64,000 bases of DNA. Origin: an uncultured Clostridia bacterium (GTDB lineage: Bacteria; Bacillota; Clostridia; Christensenellales; Pumilibacteraceae). The translations under genes and the position numbers were made by a program. Shown in pieces: positions 61,514 through 64,000 of this stretch. The first letter of the stretch is position 1; each line of letters starts with the position of its first letter. The notes below the pieces were generated by a model. That model saw nothing but the letters and a program-made list of their open reading frames with translations. It was not told the origin of the DNA and searched no databases. The stretch spans positions 658 to 64,657 of the forward strand of contig CAOJOK010000007.1 of NCBI GenBank assembly GCA_948440265.1. Reading direction: 5' to 3'.

Positions 61514-62054
61514 TTTCCGTTTCCTCCGTTTTTAAAGCCGTTTCGGTTTCCGCCGCAGTTTCGTCCTGCGCGGTTGCCGATTCGGTTCCGTTTTGCTCGG
61601 GTGCGTCGTCTTTCGCCGCCGCTTTGGGCTTGGAGAGTTTCAGCCACGCCATTACGTTGACTGCTATCGAGCAGACGAGAAAGACTGCCACGCAAACAAT
61701 CAATGCGACGATACCTTCGATTTCGAAGATATTGAAACCGCCCATTGCCTGGTCCTGAATGGCGCCGAGATAGAACTCGAACACTTCACAGACAAGCACG
61801 ACAAGGGAGATGAAGCTCGCCAGCGATACCACGCCTGCGCCGAACTTTTCCAGTCCGATTACGGACAGTCCCAAAAATACGAGCAGTCCGAGCAGAGTAA
61901 ACACCAAGGGCAGAGCGGTTGCTCCCGCGTCCGCAAGGGACGCGGTGGCAACTATGCCCATTATAAAAGCCAATACAGACAAGCCGAGAACAATGTAATA
62001 AGTTATCTTTCTCGTGGCTATAAAATCAGTGAAAAAACTTTTGATTTTTTCCAT
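61506..62054 (-). CDS. Hypothetical 4-TM membrane protein with acidic C-terminal tail
   Basis: 182 aa, ATG start. Shares 1 nt with the upstream stop (TGATG), and its 3' end overlaps the GH3 start by 8 nt. Confidence 0.6.
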   Translation of the reverse strand: MEKIKSFFTDFIATRKITYYIVLGLSVLAFIMGIVATASLADAGATALPLVFTLLGLLVFLGLSVIGLEKFGAGVVSLASFISLVVLVCEVFEFYLGAIQDQAMGGFNIFEIEGIVALIVCVAVFLVCSIAVNVMAWLKLSKPKAAAKDDAPEQNGTESATAQDETAAETETALKTEETENE

Positions 62055-64000
62055 CAGTCTTCCCTCCTATTATCCATTACGTCGCACATAACATTTGCAG
62101 GTGCAACGGGCGTGCTTTCGTCGTCAACGGTCTTGCCGTCGCTTTCCAAAACCAAGCTCATAGAAACGCCGAGGCGGAGATTTTCCACTTCTGTTTTCAT
62201 AGTGTAGAATATCATCCAGTTTTTGTTAGCATTACCGTTGTTGTAACTTACCGTGTAAGATATGCGCGTGCTTTCGCCCGGGGCAAGTTTGACATTCGTA
62301 ATCACACCTTCGACGCTTGTTCCGGAATTAACACCCTGAACGTCGAAGTCTATCGCAGTTGCGCCGAAGTTTTCGAAATTCAGATATACCGTATGATTGA
62401 CTTTAGTTTTTATTACAGCAGTGTTATCCGATACGACAGTGGCATAACGGAACTTCGCGCCGCTTACAAGGGTGCCTTTATAGCCGAACTCTATACCCAT
62501 TTCGGCATATCCGTCGCCGCCGCCGACAGCCACGTCGTTTTCCCACTTGGCGTTTGCACCGTAGAAAGCTTCTACTGTGGTAACATCTCCGTTTACAAAG
62601 TTTTGCGGTTTACGGCTTCCCTGTTCGTTGCCGAACACCAAATCCTTACCGTTGTCGGCAGACGCTTTCATACCCTGCGTCTTTGCCGCTTCGCTTATAC
62701 GAGTAAACACGGGAGCTATCGTGATTTGAGGTTCCCAAATCACAGTGTCGGCGTCTACGAGCTTATTGCCGTTTCCGACGACATACCAGCCGACCAGCTT
62801 TCTGCCGTTGTGAGCCGTGCCGGTAATCTGCGTATCGGTGGGAACAACGAGTTTGTCGCCCGTTTCCGCCGTCTTCTTGTAATCCGCCGCAAGCGTGTAG
62901 CCATTGGGCAGTTTGACCGTTATCGTCGCCGTCTGCGAAAGCTCGGGCTTGATTGTTATGTCTTTCTTCAAGACAGTGTCATTCGTCACCTGATTGCCGT
63001 TTGCATCCATCCAGCGGATGAGTTTATGTCCCGTATTGTTGGTAATCTGCGCGTCCGTCGGCAGGACGAGTTTATCACCCTCCTGCATAACTTTCGAGTA
63101 ATCGCTGCTTACCGACAGGTTTGCAGGCAAATCCAAAGTTATATTTACGTCTTTCGTAAATACGGGTTGGAGCTTCATATTTTCCGTCAATATAAGTCCG
63201 TCGTTTACACGACCGCCTTCTTCATATTCCCAATACAGTAAGTGATGTCTTGTCGTATTCTTAATCTGCGCCGCAGTCGGAAGCACGAGAGAATCGCCCG
63301 TCTGTTTAATCGGGTTATAATCGGACAATACCGAGAAGCCTTCGGGCAGGTTGACGAACTCGATTTTGACGTCTTCGGTCAAAAGCGGTTCTATGGACAT
63401 ATTCGCATTTATAGTCACGCCTGCCTCAACGGGGGTATGGTTGGAGTTGCTGTATACCCAACGAATGAAGTTGTGACCCGTGTTATTCGTTATCTGCGCC
63501 GCAGTCGGAAGCACGAGTTTGTCGCCCGTGCGGACTTCGCGGTTATAGCTGTCCGCAACGGAGAAGCCTGCGGGCAAATTGAGAGTTATCGTAACGGGTT
63601 TTGTCGGCGTTACGTTCTCTCTGGACATCATTACACCCAGCGACAGCGCCTGCACGTCGCTGTCAAGCAGTATCGTCGTCAAGGAGTTCTTATCGTCTTT
63701 AAGGTTTCTCTCCTTTATGGACACGGTCTGCATTTCGCCTGCCGCAATCGTGACCGGATTTCCCTTTACGAACGTATTCGTATTGGTGATATCTCCGCCC
63801 GTACTCATCTGATATACGGTGAGCGATACTTCTTCGTCTCCGAAGTTCTTTATATCGTAATTATATACATAGGTCTGTCCGGAAACTCTCGCAAGAGGTG
63901 TGACCGAACGGAAATTTGTTCCTTTTTTAAGCGCGCCTGCGGCGGTTACTTTTCTTCCGATGAAGTTGTTAATAAGCAACGTTTCGCCCGTCAGCTTATA
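62054..64000 (-). CDS. Surface repeat protein, N-terminus outside the window
   Basis: The frame is open from nt 64000; the track M at 63979 is a TTG inside the open frame. Four ~75-aa Flg_new-like repeats are flanked by two mutually similar beta-sandwich-like modules. Confidence 0.75.
   Translation of the reverse strand, partial: YKLTGETLLINNFIGRKVTAAGALKKGTNFRSVTPLARVSGQTYVYNYDIKNFGDEEVSLTVYQMSTGGDITNTNTFVKGNPVTIAAGEMQTVSIKERNLKDDKNSLTTILLDSDVQALSLGVMMSRENVTPTKPVTITLNLPAGFSVADSYNREVRTGDKLVLPTAAQITNNTGHNFIRWVYSNSNHTPVEAGVTINANMSIEPLLTEDVKIEFVNLPEGFSVLSDYNPIKQTGDSLVLPTAAQIKNTTRHHLLYWEYEEGGRVNDGLILTENMKLQPVFTKDVNITLDLPANLSVSSDYSKVMQEGDKLVLPTDAQITNNTGHKLIRWMDANGNQVTNDTVLKKDITIKPELSQTATITVKLPNGYTLAADYKKTAETGDKLVVPTDTQITGTAHNGRKLVGWYVVGNGNKLVDADTVIWEPQITIAPVFTRISEAAKTQGMKASADNGKDLVFGNEQGSRKPQNFVNGDVTTVEAFYGANAKWENDVAVGGGDGYAEMGIEFGYKGTLVSGAKFRYATVVSDNTAVIKTKVNHTVYLNFENFGATAIDFDVQGVNSGTSVEGVITNVKLAPGESTRISYTVSYNNGNANKNWMIFYTMKTEVENLRLGVSMSLVLESDGKTVDDESTPVAPANVMCDVMDNRRED
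62699..63595 (-). repeat. Four tandem ~73-77-aa coding repeats
   Basis: The units are VTITLNLPAGFSVADSYNREVRTGDKLVLPTAAQITNNTGHNFIRW.., VKIEFVNLPEGFSVLSDYNPIKQTGDSLVLPTAAQIKNTTRHHLLYW.., VNITLDLPANLSVSSDYSKVMQEGDKLVLPTDAQITNNTGHKLIRW.. and ATITVKLPNGYTLAADYKKTAETGDKLVVPTDTQITG..KLVGW.. (aa 129-427 of the listed ORF). Confidence 0.85.

Overview
Bacterial chromosomal window. Gene content and order suggest a Clostridia-type Bacillota, but that is inference only. Every protein family call comes from motifs I read in the translations; no searches were run.

The ORF track starts ORFs at any table-11 start codon (TTG, GTG, ATT and so on). I therefore re-set many starts using RBS and promoter context.

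The window has three blocks.

(1) 1-13 kb and 21-33 kb hold housekeeping genes, mostly on the minus strand:
- a GH95-like hydrolase, truncated at nt 1 and missing from the ORF track
- a polytopic M28 peptidase
- a WYL regulator
- a lytic transglycosylase, coaE and polA
- a cation/H+ antiporter with a TetR regulator
- galU, an acyl-CoA synthetase and trmK
- dGTPase-like and dnaG genes followed by two tandem rpoD paralogs

(2) About 13.0-20.8 kb is a visibly AT-rich accessory island that ends at two tRNA-Leu genes, one of which reads as anticodon AAG. It contains:
- a stand-alone LytTR regulator with a DUF3021 membrane partner, and a textbook 21-bp-phased direct-repeat operator in front of a CPBP/Abi protease gene
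- a TfoX-C protein and small orphan genes
- an AraC / APH-like kinase / esterase trio bracketed by copies of the tRNA-Leu 3' end, including a 164-bp tandem repeat

(3) 33.1-64 kb is an all-minus-strand block of surface proteins:
- a tightly packed ~24.6 kb locus joining a 2,524-aa membrane-anchored subtilase, three Flg_new/LRR/GLUG lipoproteins and an unusually oversized Opp-type ABC importer
- a domain-permuted, doubly anchored GH3
- a repeat protein truncated at nt 64000

A ~250-290 bp structured intergenic repeat occurs twice, with a 51-nt perfect core and covarying hairpins. No CRISPR array, rRNA, integrase or transposase was seen. The many long plus-strand ORFs are antisense artefacts.
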